NCBI GenBank assembly: GCA_029856125.1 | Contig: JAHQWJ010000034.1 | Coordinates: 1-47,129, forward strand | From: Promethearchaeia archaeon | GTDB taxonomy: Archaea > Asgardarchaeota > Lokiarchaeia > Sigyniarchaeales > SOKP01 | DNA: 47,129 bases | Direction: 5' to 3' | Shown here: piece by piece, positions 18,713 to 27,662 of the stretch | How positions within the stretch are numbered: position 1 is the stretch's first letter | Layout: every line of letters begins with the position of its first letter | Position numbers and translations under genes: made by a program | Notes under the pieces: generated by a model | What the model was told of the DNA's origin: nothing | Database searches by the model: none | The model's input: the letters and a program-made list of their open reading frames with translations, nothing else

Positions 18713-21700
18713 AAAAGATAGGTTCAGTTCTCGTTGTTGGAGGCGGAATTGCGGGTATACAAGCTTCTATGGATATGGCTGATTCTGGATACAAAGTATA
18801 TCTAGTAGAATCAACGATGAGCATTGGAGGTGTGATGTCCCAGTTGGATAAAACATTTCCGACTAATGATTGTGCTATTTGCATTCTCGCTCCTAAATTA
18901 GTAGCCGCAGGGCGTCACGAAAATATAACTCTCTTAATTAATTCAACTCTCAAAAAAGTTTCAGGAAATCCTGGTAATTTTACAGTAAATTTAAAACAAA
19001 AATCATTGTTTTTAGACCAAGAAACATGTACTGGTTGTGGTGTTTGCGCTCAAGAATGTCCTGTAGAAGCAGTGGACTTTTTTAACGAAGGATTAGCTAA
19101 AAGAGCTGCGATATCCGTAAAATTCCCCCAAGCAGTCCCTTTAGTTTTTTCAATTGATCAAGATTTATGTATAGGGTGTGGGTTTTGCGAAGGTGTATGT
19201 AAAGCTAAGGCTATAGATTACACGCTTGAAGATAAAACAACCACGCTTAATGTAGGTGCTATAGTTTTAGCTCCTGGATTTGACGAATATGATCCTTCTC
19301 CAACGCAACATTATGGATACGGGAAATATCCTAATGTAGTTACTAGCATTCAATTTGAACGTATATTAAGCGCGAGTGGCCCTCACTCAGGACTCATTCT
19401 TAGACCATCAGACGGGATAATACCAAAAAAGATCGCATTCTTACAATGCGTAGGCTCTAGAGATAAAAAGCACGGTGGTGAATATTGTTCTTCAGTTTGC
19501 TGCATGTACTCTGCTAAGGAAGCAGTTATTGCCAAAGAACATATGCCAATCGTTCAACCAACCATATTTTCAATGGATATAAGGGCTTGTGGAAAAGATT
19601 TTGATAAATATATTGATCGTGCTCAAGAAGAATATGGAGTAAAATATATCCGAAGTAGAATTTCAACAGTAAAAGAGATTCCCGAATCAAACGATTTAAT
19701 TCTTAACTATGAATCTGAAGATGGGAAGATAATTGACGATGTTTTTAACTTAGTAGTTCTAGCAGTAGGGGCGATGCCAAATGGAAGTAATAAAGAGTTA
19801 GCGAAAACACTAAAGATCGATTTGAATGACGATTTATTCTGCAAGACAAAACCTTTCTCTCCAGTAGAAACATCTCGAGAAGGAATTTATGTTTGTGGAA
19901 TGTTTTCAGAACCAAAAGATATTCCAGAAACTGTGGTTGAAGCCAGTGCCGCTGCTGGAGCTGTCAATGTTTTATTGTATGAAGTTAGAAATACATTAAT
20001 CACCGAAAAAAAGCTTCCGAAAGAGATTGATAATATTGGAGAGCCCCCTCGAATTGGAGTTTTTGTGTGTCATTGTGGGATCAATATTGCAGGTGTTGTT
20101 GATGTTGCTGATGTTGTAGACTATGCGAGTAAATTACCAAATGTAATTTATGCTGAAAGAAATTTATATACTTGCTCAGCCGACACCCAAACAACTATAA
20201 AAGAAAAAATTAAGGAGTATAAGTTAAATCGAGTAATAGTTGCTTCATGTACACCTAGGACGCACGAACCGTTATTTCAAGCAACCATTAGGGAAGCGGG
20301 ATTGAACAAGTATTTATTTGATTTGGCCAATATTCGAGATCAATGTTCATGGGTACACATGCATGAGCCCAAAGAAGCCACAGAAAAATCTAAAGACTTA
20401 GTAAGAATGGCAATTGCCAAAGCTCGTAATTTAGTACCATTACAAGAACAACAAGTTCCAGTAATACATAAAGGAATGGTGATTGGCGGAGGTGTTTCAG
20501 GAATGACAGCAGCCTTGAATTTAGCAAATCAAGGGTTTGAAGTGTTTCTTGTCGAGAAAAGTGATAGATTAGGTGGGTTTTCAACTAATATCTATCAAAC
20601 TATTGAAAATTATGACGTTCAAGAACTTATTGCAGGTTTAATAAAAAAAGTTAACGATCATAAACTTATCAACGTTTTCCTTAATGCTAAAATCAATTCA
20701 ATTGGGGGATATGTTTGTAATTTCACAACTAATATAGATTTTGGAAAAAATAAAGAAAAAAAGGAATTTCAACACGGTATTATAATTGTCGCTACTGGTG
20801 CTTACGAGTATAAACCAAAGGATGGAGAATTTCTTTATGGCAAAACAGATAATGTAATACTGCAATCTGACCTTGAAAAAGTGCTTTTTACCGATTCAGA
20901 ACAAATCAAGGGTTTAAAAACAATAGTAATGATACAATGTGTTGGATCTAGAAATGAAGAAAATCCCTATTGTAGTAGAATGTGTTGTTCAGAAGCAATA
21001 AAAAACGCAATAAAAGCAAAGGAAATTAATTCAAAATTAAATGTTATCGTTTTATTCAGAGATATAAGGACATATGGTTTTAAGGAGAAATATTACAACA
21101 TAGCGAGAGAAAAGGGAATCGTTTTTCTTCGATTTGATAATGATTTTCTCCCTGAAATCGTTCAAAAGGAAACGGAATTGAGCATAGATGTTGTTGCATC
21201 TAGAGGGGATAAAATTACTATCAATGCAGATTTAGTGGTATTAAGCGCTGGCATTGTTTCTGGTGGCGAAGGAAACGAAACTTTAGCAAAGATGTTAAAG
21301 GTACCCACTAACAATGAGAAATTCTTTTTAGAGGCTCACGTAAAATTAAGACCTTCAGATTTCGCAACTGACGGAATTTTTTTATGCGGGACCGCCAGAG
21401 GAAGCGCTACGATTAGTGAAAGTATTGCACAAGCATTATCGGCAGCATCGAGAGCTACTACAATATTATCAAAAGACATTTTGGTTACAGAAGGTGTAAT
21501 TTCAAAAGTCGATCCCGCATTATGTATTGGCTGTAATAAGTGTGCCGATGTATGTAGTTATGGAGCTGTTGGTGTTAAGTACGAACAAGGATTGATGATC
21601 TCCGAAGTTAATCCCTTATTATGTAAGGGTTGCGGAGATTGTGCTGCTGAATGCCCTGCTGGGGCAATTACGATGAGCCATTTCGGAAACACCCAAATTG

Positions 21701-22173
21701 AGCCAATGATAGCTGAAGCAGCTCGCGTTGAATTCGATAATGGTCGCCCAAGAATTATTGCTTTTCTCTGCAATTGGTGTAGTTATGCGGGAGCAGACTT
21801 AGCGGGAGTAAGTAGGTATCAATATCCTCCAAACGTAAGAACTATAAGAGTAATGTGTTCTGGCGGAATCTCCAAAAGCTTTATCTTACAAGCATTTTTA
21901 GAAGGAGCGGATGGAGTTTTTGTAGGGGGGTGTCATATTGGAGATTGTCATTATATTGCCGGAAATCATGACGCCTTAAGAAGGACACTTGAAATTGAAT
22001 CGGAACTTGAATCAATAGGAATAAATCCAGATAGATTTATGCGTAAGTGGGTATCTGCGAGCGAAGGTAAAATCTTCTCAAATACGATGACAGAATTTGT
22101 TGGGAAAATAAAAAAATTGGGTCCTCTTGAATCGGACCTCAAAAAAAAATCAACAACAATAATTGCGAAATAA
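18709..22173 (+). CDS. hdrA: Fused HdrA-HdrA-MvhD flavo-iron-sulfur protein
   Basis: Two GxGxxG FAD domains, TFPTNDC, internal RIGVFVCHCGINI, four ferredoxin motifs, C-terminal FLCNWCSYAGADLAG...GCHIGDCHY; GGAGG SD and ATGA overlap. Confidence 0.94.
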   Translation: MKKIGSVLVVGGGIAGIQASMDMADSGYKVYLVESTMSIGGVMSQLDKTFPTNDCAICILAPKLVAAGRHENITLLINSTLKKVSGNPGNFTVNLKQKSLFLDQETCTGCGVCAQECPVEAVDFFNEGLAKRAAISVKFPQAVPLVFSIDQDLCIGCGFCEGVCKAKAIDYTLEDKTTTLNVGAIVLAPGFDEYDPSPTQHYGYGKYPNVVTSIQFERILSASGPHSGLILRPSDGIIPKKIAFLQCVGSRDKKHGGEYCSSVCCMYSAKEAVIAKEHMPIVQPTIFSMDIRACGKDFDKYIDRAQEEYGVKYIRSRISTVKEIPESNDLILNYESEDGKIIDDVFNLVVLAVGAMPNGSNKELAKTLKIDLNDDLFCKTKPFSPVETSREGIYVCGMFSEPKDIPETVVEASAAAGAVNVLLYEVRNTLITEKKLPKEIDNIGEPPRIGVFVCHCGINIAGVVDVADVVDYASKLPNVIYAERNLYTCSADTQTTIKEKIKEYKLNRVIVASCTPRTHEPLFQATIREAGLNKYLFDLANIRDQCSWVHMHEPKEATEKSKDLVRMAIAKARNLVPLQEQQVPVIHKGMVIGGGVSGMTAALNLANQGFEVFLVEKSDRLGGFSTNIYQTIENYDVQELIAGLIKKVNDHKLINVFLNAKINSIGGYVCNFTTNIDFGKNKEKKEFQHGIIIVATGAYEYKPKDGEFLYGKTDNVILQSDLEKVLFTDSEQIKGLKTIVMIQCVGSRNEENPYCSRMCCSEAIKNAIKAKEINSKLNVIVLFRDIRTYGFKEKYYNIAREKGIVFLRFDNDFLPEIVQKETELSIDVVASRGDKITINADLVVLSAGIVSGGEGNETLAKMLKVPTNNEKFFLEAHVKLRPSDFATDGIFLCGTARGSATISESIAQALSAASRATTILSKDILVTEGVISKVDPALCIGCNKCADVCSYGAVGVKYEQGLMISEVNPLLCKGCGDCAAECPAGAITMSHFGNTQIEPMIAEAARVEFDNGRPRIIAFLCNWCSYAGADLAGVSRYQYPPNVRTIRVMCSGGISKSFILQAFLEGADGVFVGGCHIGDCHYIAGNHDALRRTLEIESELESIGINPDRFMRKWVSASEGKIFSNTMTEFVGKIKKLGPLESDLKKKSTTIIAK

Positions 22174-22206
22174 TAAATTATGTTTAAAATAAAGGAGTTA
22201 TGAGAA

Positions 22207-22902
22207 ATGATAATTACGCAACAAAAAAATATTGAAGAAATATACAATATGGTAAAACAATATTCAAAAATTTTAGTTACCGGGTGTGATGGTTGCTGTC
22301 AGCCTCCGCGCTCGATCAACGAGGCTAAAGTGCTAGCCCAGATGCTAGAATTAAAGGCTCGAAGCGAAGGAAAGGAACTAAAATGGAAAGCTATAACAGT
22401 ACTTAGGCAATGTGACGATAGAATCGCAGCAACTACCGTTCGACCTTTTATTGAGCAATATGATGCGATAGTATCGTTGTCCTGTGGATTAGGCGTCGTC
22501 ATGATGAACCGAATATTTGAAAATATTCTTACCTACCCTGCTCAAAATAGCATGTTTGGAGGAGCAGAAAATAATGCAGAAAATACTTTTGCTGAATACT
22601 GTGAAACTTGCGGAGAGTGTTTACTTGGCGTTACTGGTGGAGTGTGTCCTATGGCAGGATGTGCTAAAAATTTGAGTAACGGGCCATGTGGTGGAACAGT
22701 TAACGGTAAATGCGAAGTTGGTGGATATGTACACGAGTGTGCTTGGATTAAAATATACGAACGCCTTAAAAAATTTAATAGAATGGATCTTTTTACTAAA
22801 TACCGTCCGCCAAGAAACTATAAAATTTGGTCAAGTCCACGGTTTATTGATATTAATAAAACTTATACAAACGAAGAAGAACCAATAAAGGAGGAGAAGT
22901 AA
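22207..22902 (+). CDS. metV: Methylenetetrahydrofolate reductase small Fe-S subunit (MetV, MTHFR_C domain)
   Basis: GCDGC, RQCD, SCGLGV, CETCGEC.L..TGGVCP..CAK.L.NGPCGG...KCEV...CAW..IY.RL. Confidence 0.9.
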   Translation: MIITQQKNIEEIYNMVKQYSKILVTGCDGCCQPPRSINEAKVLAQMLELKARSEGKELKWKAITVLRQCDDRIAATTVRPFIEQYDAIVSLSCGLGVVMMNRIFENILTYPAQNSMFGGAENNAENTFAEYCETCGECLLGVTGGVCPMAGCAKNLSNGPCGGTVNGKCEVGGYVHECAWIKIYERLKKFNRMDLFTKYRPPRNYKIWSSPRFIDINKTYTNEEEPIKEEK

Positions 22903-22905
22903 AGA

Positions 22906-23844
22906 ATGGCAAAAAGACCGGCATATAGTAATTTAGTAAAAACTATGAGGGAAGGTAAATTTTTATTTACTGGTGAATTAGAGCCAAAAAAAATGGTTGA
23001 TTTGTCTTCTATTCTGCATTCTGCCGAAGAAATGAAGAAAACGGGAAAAATAGTTGCTGCTAATGTAACAGATGGACCACAAGGAGATGCTTATACTTGT
23101 TCCATGGTTCCTTGCTACTTAGTTCAAGAAAAAGTTGGTTTAGAATCAATTTGGCAGATGACCGTTCGAGATAGAAATCGAATTGCCTTATTTGGCGATA
23201 TATTGGGTGGAGCGATACTTGGCTTAAAAAATATGCTTGCTTTAACGGGAGATCATTCTGCTCTTGGAGATCATCAAAATGCGAGAGCTGTATACGATTT
23301 AGACTCTACACAGTTAATTGATCTCGTTTCTAAAATGGTAGATGATGGTACTGATTTAGAGGGAAAAGAAATTGAAGGCGGGAAAATTGAAATGAATGTG
23401 GGATGCGCCGCTAATCCAAATTCAAACCCAAGAGAACCAGAAATCTTAAAAGTAGGAAGAAAGGTAGAAGTTGGTGCCGATTTCATTCAAACTCAAACAT
23501 CTTTTGACATAGATGATGCCAAAGAATTCCTTAAAGAATTAGAAAGATTCAATATTCCTGTTTTACTAGGGTTATTTCCTATAAAAAATTACGGAATTGC
23601 TTGGTATTTTAACGAATATATTCCTGGTGTTTCAGTTCCAAAGGATCTCCTGAAAGCATTAAAGACTGCAAAGAAAGAGTACAAAGAAGATAAAAAAAAG
23701 CGGAATGAAGTTATCGATAAGATTAATATTGACTTTTTTGAACCATTTATCAAGGAAATTCAGAAAACCACTAAGGCTGCAGGTATACATTGCATGGCTG
23801 TGCATTACGAAAGATTATTTGAGCCTTTATTAAAGAACTTCTAA
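22906..23844 (+). CDS. metF: Methylenetetrahydrofolate reductase catalytic subunit
   Basis: TGELEP, ANVTD, QMTVRDRNRIAL, LALTGDH, DLDS, KVEVGADFIQTQ, PGVSVP, GIHCM. Confidence 0.92.
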   Translation: MAKRPAYSNLVKTMREGKFLFTGELEPKKMVDLSSILHSAEEMKKTGKIVAANVTDGPQGDAYTCSMVPCYLVQEKVGLESIWQMTVRDRNRIALFGDILGGAILGLKNMLALTGDHSALGDHQNARAVYDLDSTQLIDLVSKMVDDGTDLEGKEIEGGKIEMNVGCAANPNSNPREPEILKVGRKVEVGADFIQTQTSFDIDDAKEFLKELERFNIPVLLGLFPIKNYGIAWYFNEYIPGVSVPKDLLKALKTAKKEYKEDKKKRNEVIDKINIDFFEPFIKEIQKTTKAAGIHCMAVHYERLFEPLLKNF

Positions 23845-23920
23845 AAATAAATGATGAGTAAAACAAAATCGTGATAAAATTATTTAAAAAATTTTATCCA
23901 CAAAAAAAGGTGAAATGTAA

Positions 23921-24382
23921 ATGAAAAATTTAGATGAAAAGGATAAATGTATATTAGAAATGCTTATAGCTGATTCACGACGTCCATACAGAGAGATAGC
24001 TGACGAAGTAGGATTGTCCGAATCAACAATAAGAAAGCGAGTAATTAAATTACAAGAAGAGAAAGTAATTGAAAAATTCACGATTAAGGTATGTAGAGAG
24101 GACGAGCGTTGCATTATAGCATTTATCACATTAATCCCGAGAAGTCAATCTGAATTAAAGTTATTATTACGCGAGACTCAAGTTCTTCCTCAGTGTGAAG
24201 AGGTTTATTTTCTAGCTGGAGAATGTGGAATTCTCGTCAAAGTAAATGTTCCAGAAATAAATGAACTGGATGCAGTTATCGAAAGTTTTAGAGGTAGAAG
24301 TGATGTCAAAGGCGTAGAACGAGTTTGTGTTGTGTTAAAACCAATTAAGACTGTCTCTCAAAATGAGAAACTGTTAATTTAA
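23921..24382 (+). CDS. Lrp/AsnC family transcriptional regulator (six Cys)
   Basis: LDEKDKCILEMLIADSRRPYREIADEVGLSESTIRKRV wHTH plus RAM domain; AGGTGA SD. Confidence 0.92.
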   Translation: MKNLDEKDKCILEMLIADSRRPYREIADEVGLSESTIRKRVIKLQEEKVIEKFTIKVCREDERCIIAFITLIPRSQSELKLLLRETQVLPQCEEVYFLAGECGILVKVNVPEINELDAVIESFRGRSDVKGVERVCVVLKPIKTVSQNEKLLI

Positions 24383-24462
24383 AAAACTTACATCTATTCG
24401 ATTTTCAAACTAAACTCTTAAATTAAGGAATACCCCTTCATCTAATTTCAGTATGATAATTC

Positions 24463-25485
24463 TTAACTTGAATAAAAAAATTTTCCGTTCTTTTCAAATT
24501 TCTGTACTTTTCCTTGATTTTCGAGAAAAAGTAAGTGTCCTAAAATTTCACTTAATGCCATAAACGAGTTAATTTCGTCTAAATCTTCACCAAAGTGAAT
24601 TTGAGATATTTTTCTTGGGGTTAGAGGATTATTTTTTATTACTTTGGATATATCATTAAGCCTATTTGCGTGATGATCCTTAATGGCATTAATTCTCTCA
24701 TGGGGATTGTAGATTATCTCTTGATGGCCTGGAAAAATAATTTTTGGATTCAATTTGTCAATTCTATCTAATGACTGAAGGTATTGATCAAGTACATTCT
24801 TGAAATCATAGTCCGCATATTCATCAACGAGAAAATCAGGTATAATAAAATTACCTATATGAGGTGTAATGCGACTTAGAATGTGATCTCCACTGAAGAG
24901 ATATTTCCTTTTAGCGTCAAAAATACAGATATGCCCAAAGCTGTGGCCGGGTGTCCAAATTATTTCTAAATCATTTAAAAATTTATCATTATCATATAGA
25001 ATCTTATCAGGTGTTTGATATTTCCTTAATTTTGGCCAGTATGTGAAGAACTGTACAATTCTTAACCTCTCTTCTTCGGTTAATCCATATTTCTTCATTT
25101 CAAAAGAAATCTTAAGAGCCTCTTTTTCAATTTCCTCCTTATTTGACTTATCTGTTTCCCACTCTAAGATTTTATTAGTTATATTATGCATTACAATCTT
25201 TAAGTTCGGGTTCTTCTGTTTAAATTCTTGAATTAATCCAATATGGTCTAAATGGTTATGCGTTATTATACAAACATCGATATCCTCAATACCCAATCCA
25301 ATCGTGTTAATTTCATGTAGAAATTTCTTCTTCCATGCTGGGCTATTGAAACCCGCATCGATTATAATATTTTTATCTTCTAATTTAAAAAGATATATAC
25401 AGACATATTTTACCTGAAACGGGACATCAATTTTAATTTGATATACATCATCAATTTTATTAATCTCAGATTTAAATTTAAACAA
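24463..25485 (-). CDS. MBL-fold metallo-hydrolase with C-terminal wHTH
   Basis: IIDAG, THNHLDHIG, TPGHSFGH, SGDHIL, FPGH. Confidence 0.92.
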   Translation of the reverse strand: MFKFKSEINKIDDVYQIKIDVPFQVKYVCIYLFKLEDKNIIIDAGFNSPAWKKKFLHEINTIGLGIEDIDVCIITHNHLDHIGLIQEFKQKNPNLKIVMHNITNKILEWETDKSNKEEIEKEALKISFEMKKYGLTEEERLRIVQFFTYWPKLRKYQTPDKILYDNDKFLNDLEIIWTPGHSFGHICIFDAKRKYLFSGDHILSRITPHIGNFIIPDFLVDEYADYDFKNVLDQYLQSLDRIDKLNPKIIFPGHQEIIYNPHERINAIKDHHANRLNDISKVIKNNPLTPRKISQIHFGEDLDEINSFMALSEILGHLLFLENQGKVQKFEKNGKFFYSS

Positions 25486-25595
25486 AAAAAGTACCTAACC
25501 TTCAATATTTAATCCTTAAATGAAAAAATAAAGAAAGCAATTTTTAATTTGCCTTTTGAAAGAACAAAATGAAAAAAAAGATTTGTAATGTAATT

Positions 25596-26312
25596 TTAAT
25601 CTTTTAGACCGTAGTACATCAGCCAAAAACTAATTAAATAGCCGATCCTAACAATAATCACCATCAATATATCTCCTGGAGCAGTTAAACCCTCTAGTAA
25701 CCCAAATATACAAAAGCATATAGAACCCATTGATAAGAAAAAGAATTTCTTCCTTAGTACGCCTGTAGACTGAAAACTCTTTATTAAAAAACCAAACCCA
25801 AGAACAATTAAGACAGCGAGCAATAAGATTGCCATTATTATTCCCGCTGGCTCAAATAAATTGACGTTATAATCAATTAACGATTCTCCTGGAACTAATG
25901 GAGGGATAAAATTAAACGTACCCATAGGATCCATGAAGAAAAGAATTACAAATACTATACAAATAATGATGATTATAGACATAAGATACCACTTTCTTTT
26001 GGGTAATAAGAGTTCAGCACCGATATATAGAGCAAGTATCATTACTGGAGCGAACCAGATGTAACTTAAGATTCCAACTAAACCGTAAGAATTATCCAGA
26101 TTAGTTTCTGTTGCTAGAACTACTAAAAAATCTGTAAAAACCCCTAAATACATAAGCCCCGCTAAAATATTTACAAATCCTAAAATAGTTAAAATCTTAG
26201 CACCAGACTTACGCGCTTTATATAAGAAGAAAAATCCAAAAATGAACCCAAAAATAACAACTCCAGAAGCAGTAATCCCATCTATCCAACCAAATTCATT
26301 TAATATTAACAT
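25596..26312 (-). CDS. Seven-transmembrane-helix membrane protein of unknown function
   Basis: About seven hydrophobic segments and no soluble domain. Confidence 0.8.
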   Translation of the reverse strand: MLILNEFGWIDGITASGVVIFGFIFGFFFLYKARKSGAKILTILGFVNILAGLMYLGVFTDFLVVLATETNLDNSYGLVGILSYIWFAPVMILALYIGAELLLPKRKWYLMSIIIIICIVFVILFFMDPMGTFNFIPPLVPGESLIDYNVNLFEPAGIIMAILLLAVLIVLGFGFLIKSFQSTGVLRKKFFFLSMGSICFCIFGLLEGLTAPGDILMVIIVRIGYLISFWLMYYGLKD

Positions 26313-26491
26313 AACATAATCACTCTTCTTTTTTATTTTTCATAAAACTAATCATAAAATTAATAACAAAACTCTAATATAAACTAGCTCGATCCTCTTT
26401 ATAAATGATAAGATATTTGATTGTTAATCAAGTAAAATTAAAGAATAAATACAACAGAATTTATATAAGTAGATTGAGCTCGAGTAAGAAT

Positions 26492-26773
26492 TTATGTTTG
26501 CTTCTCCTTCTTCTCAAAAAAAAGAGTCTTCTTCATGTCAAATTCTAACTCACGCATTTTAATTTTAATTTCAGTAGGATTATAATCCTTTTTTAGCAAA
26601 TCAATTATTGTGTCTTTCAAAGTCTCTAAGTTATCAACCGCGCATTGATAAAATATGTTCTCCTCATCCAAATTCATGTTCAAAATTTCATACAATCCGT
26701 TGAGAGAATCGCGGATTTTTTCATAATGTGCCCAAGCCTTTTCTAAATCAGAGTTAGTTTCTTGATTAGCCAT
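26492..26773 (-). CDS. Hypothetical helical protein
   Basis: 93-aa ATG ORF with amphipathic helices and protein-like composition. Confidence 0.75.
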   Translation of the reverse strand: MANQETNSDLEKAWAHYEKIRDSLNGLYEILNMNLDEENIFYQCAVDNLETLKDTIIDLLKKDYNPTEIKIKMRELEFDMKKTLFFEKKEKQT

Positions 26774-26811
26774 TACTATAATAAAAATAGAAGTAAAATA
26801 AAACTTTTTCC

Positions 26812-27150
26812 TTATAAAATAGATTTAATTCTTTCAACTAATGCTCTTGCATCTGAAGCACCAGATTCGAGAAGAGTAAACACTTCTTTAATATTCACTT
26901 TTAGAGACCCATGTAGTAGTTTTTCAAAACCAATTCTGGTATTCAATCTTTCGGTTTTCTGTAAATGAAATATCACTCTGCCTAATTCGTTTTTTAAAAC
27001 ACCTGAATCGGCTTCTAAACAAATATCTAACAAGATCGGAGCTAACTCATCAATACTTTCTTGAGTTACTCTACTTGCGTAAGAATAAATACTGCTCAAT
27101 TTATCATCTGATAAGCTTAACATTTTTTCTTGAAGTTCTAATAATTCCAT
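26812..27150 (-). CDS. Hypothetical helical (HEAT-like) protein
   Basis: Leu/Glu-rich helices; GGAGTG SD favours ATG 27150 over GTG 27162. Confidence 0.75.
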   Translation of the reverse strand: MELLELQEKMLSLSDDKLSSIYSYASRVTQESIDELAPILLDICLEADSGVLKNELGRVIFHLQKTERLNTRIGFEKLLHGSLKVNIKEVFTLLESGASDARALVERIKSIL

Positions 27151-27662
27151 ATTTTCTATCACTCCTTTTTTTTTATTAATTTGTTTTTATAACTAAATAC
27201 ATTTTAACCAATTTTAGTATTTAAATGCTTTGGGAGTTTTTCCTTTACCCAATTTACGAGATTGGGCGAATTTTTAAGAATCTTACTAATTCTGACTATA
27301 TTTTGATTGAAAAAGGAATTTGTCATTTTTGGGGAAAATAATCCCTCTAAAATTCGTTATACACAAAAAAAAGATCGAAAAATGATGAAAATCATACTTT
27401 TTTTGACTTTTTTCTCACCTTATTTGAAAAAATGTAAGAAAAAAGGAATTATTTGCTCCAAAAATGTAAGGGAAAATCTAATAATAACTCATATATTATT
27501 GAATGAAATTAAATCAATTCAGTAAATGTTTTCGTTCCAATTTTAAGGTTTTCTTGTTTAGTTTTTAATCGGAAATCAAACGGAATGTTTTCATTAAAAT
27601 TTTAAATCACGATTTCTATTATTCTAACTATATCTTTATTAAATTTTACAGAAATTGAACGG

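Noticed and set aside
14968-22173. Selenocysteine forms of HdrA/MvhD (known in Lokiarchaeia)
   Set aside because: All these ORFs are uninterrupted by TGA and have Cys at the motif positions; the only in-frame junction stop is TAA
25596-26312. Microbial rhodopsin
   Set aside because: No Schiff-base Lys motif in the last helix and no rhodopsin helix-C signature
26576-26589. AGGATTATAATCCT palindrome
   Set aside because: Inside a CDS (KDYNP); probably chance, and noted as a caveat for the metVF motif
27248-27266. CCCAAT-N7-ATTGGG inverted repeat, similar to CCCAA-N8-TTGGG near 7540-7557
   Set aside because: Short arms, different overall spacing and unrelated flanking genes; not enough for a shared operator
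27307-27525. 72-aa ORF in the divergent intergenic region
   Set aside because: Low-complexity A/T runs, no SD or motif; most likely promoter DNA
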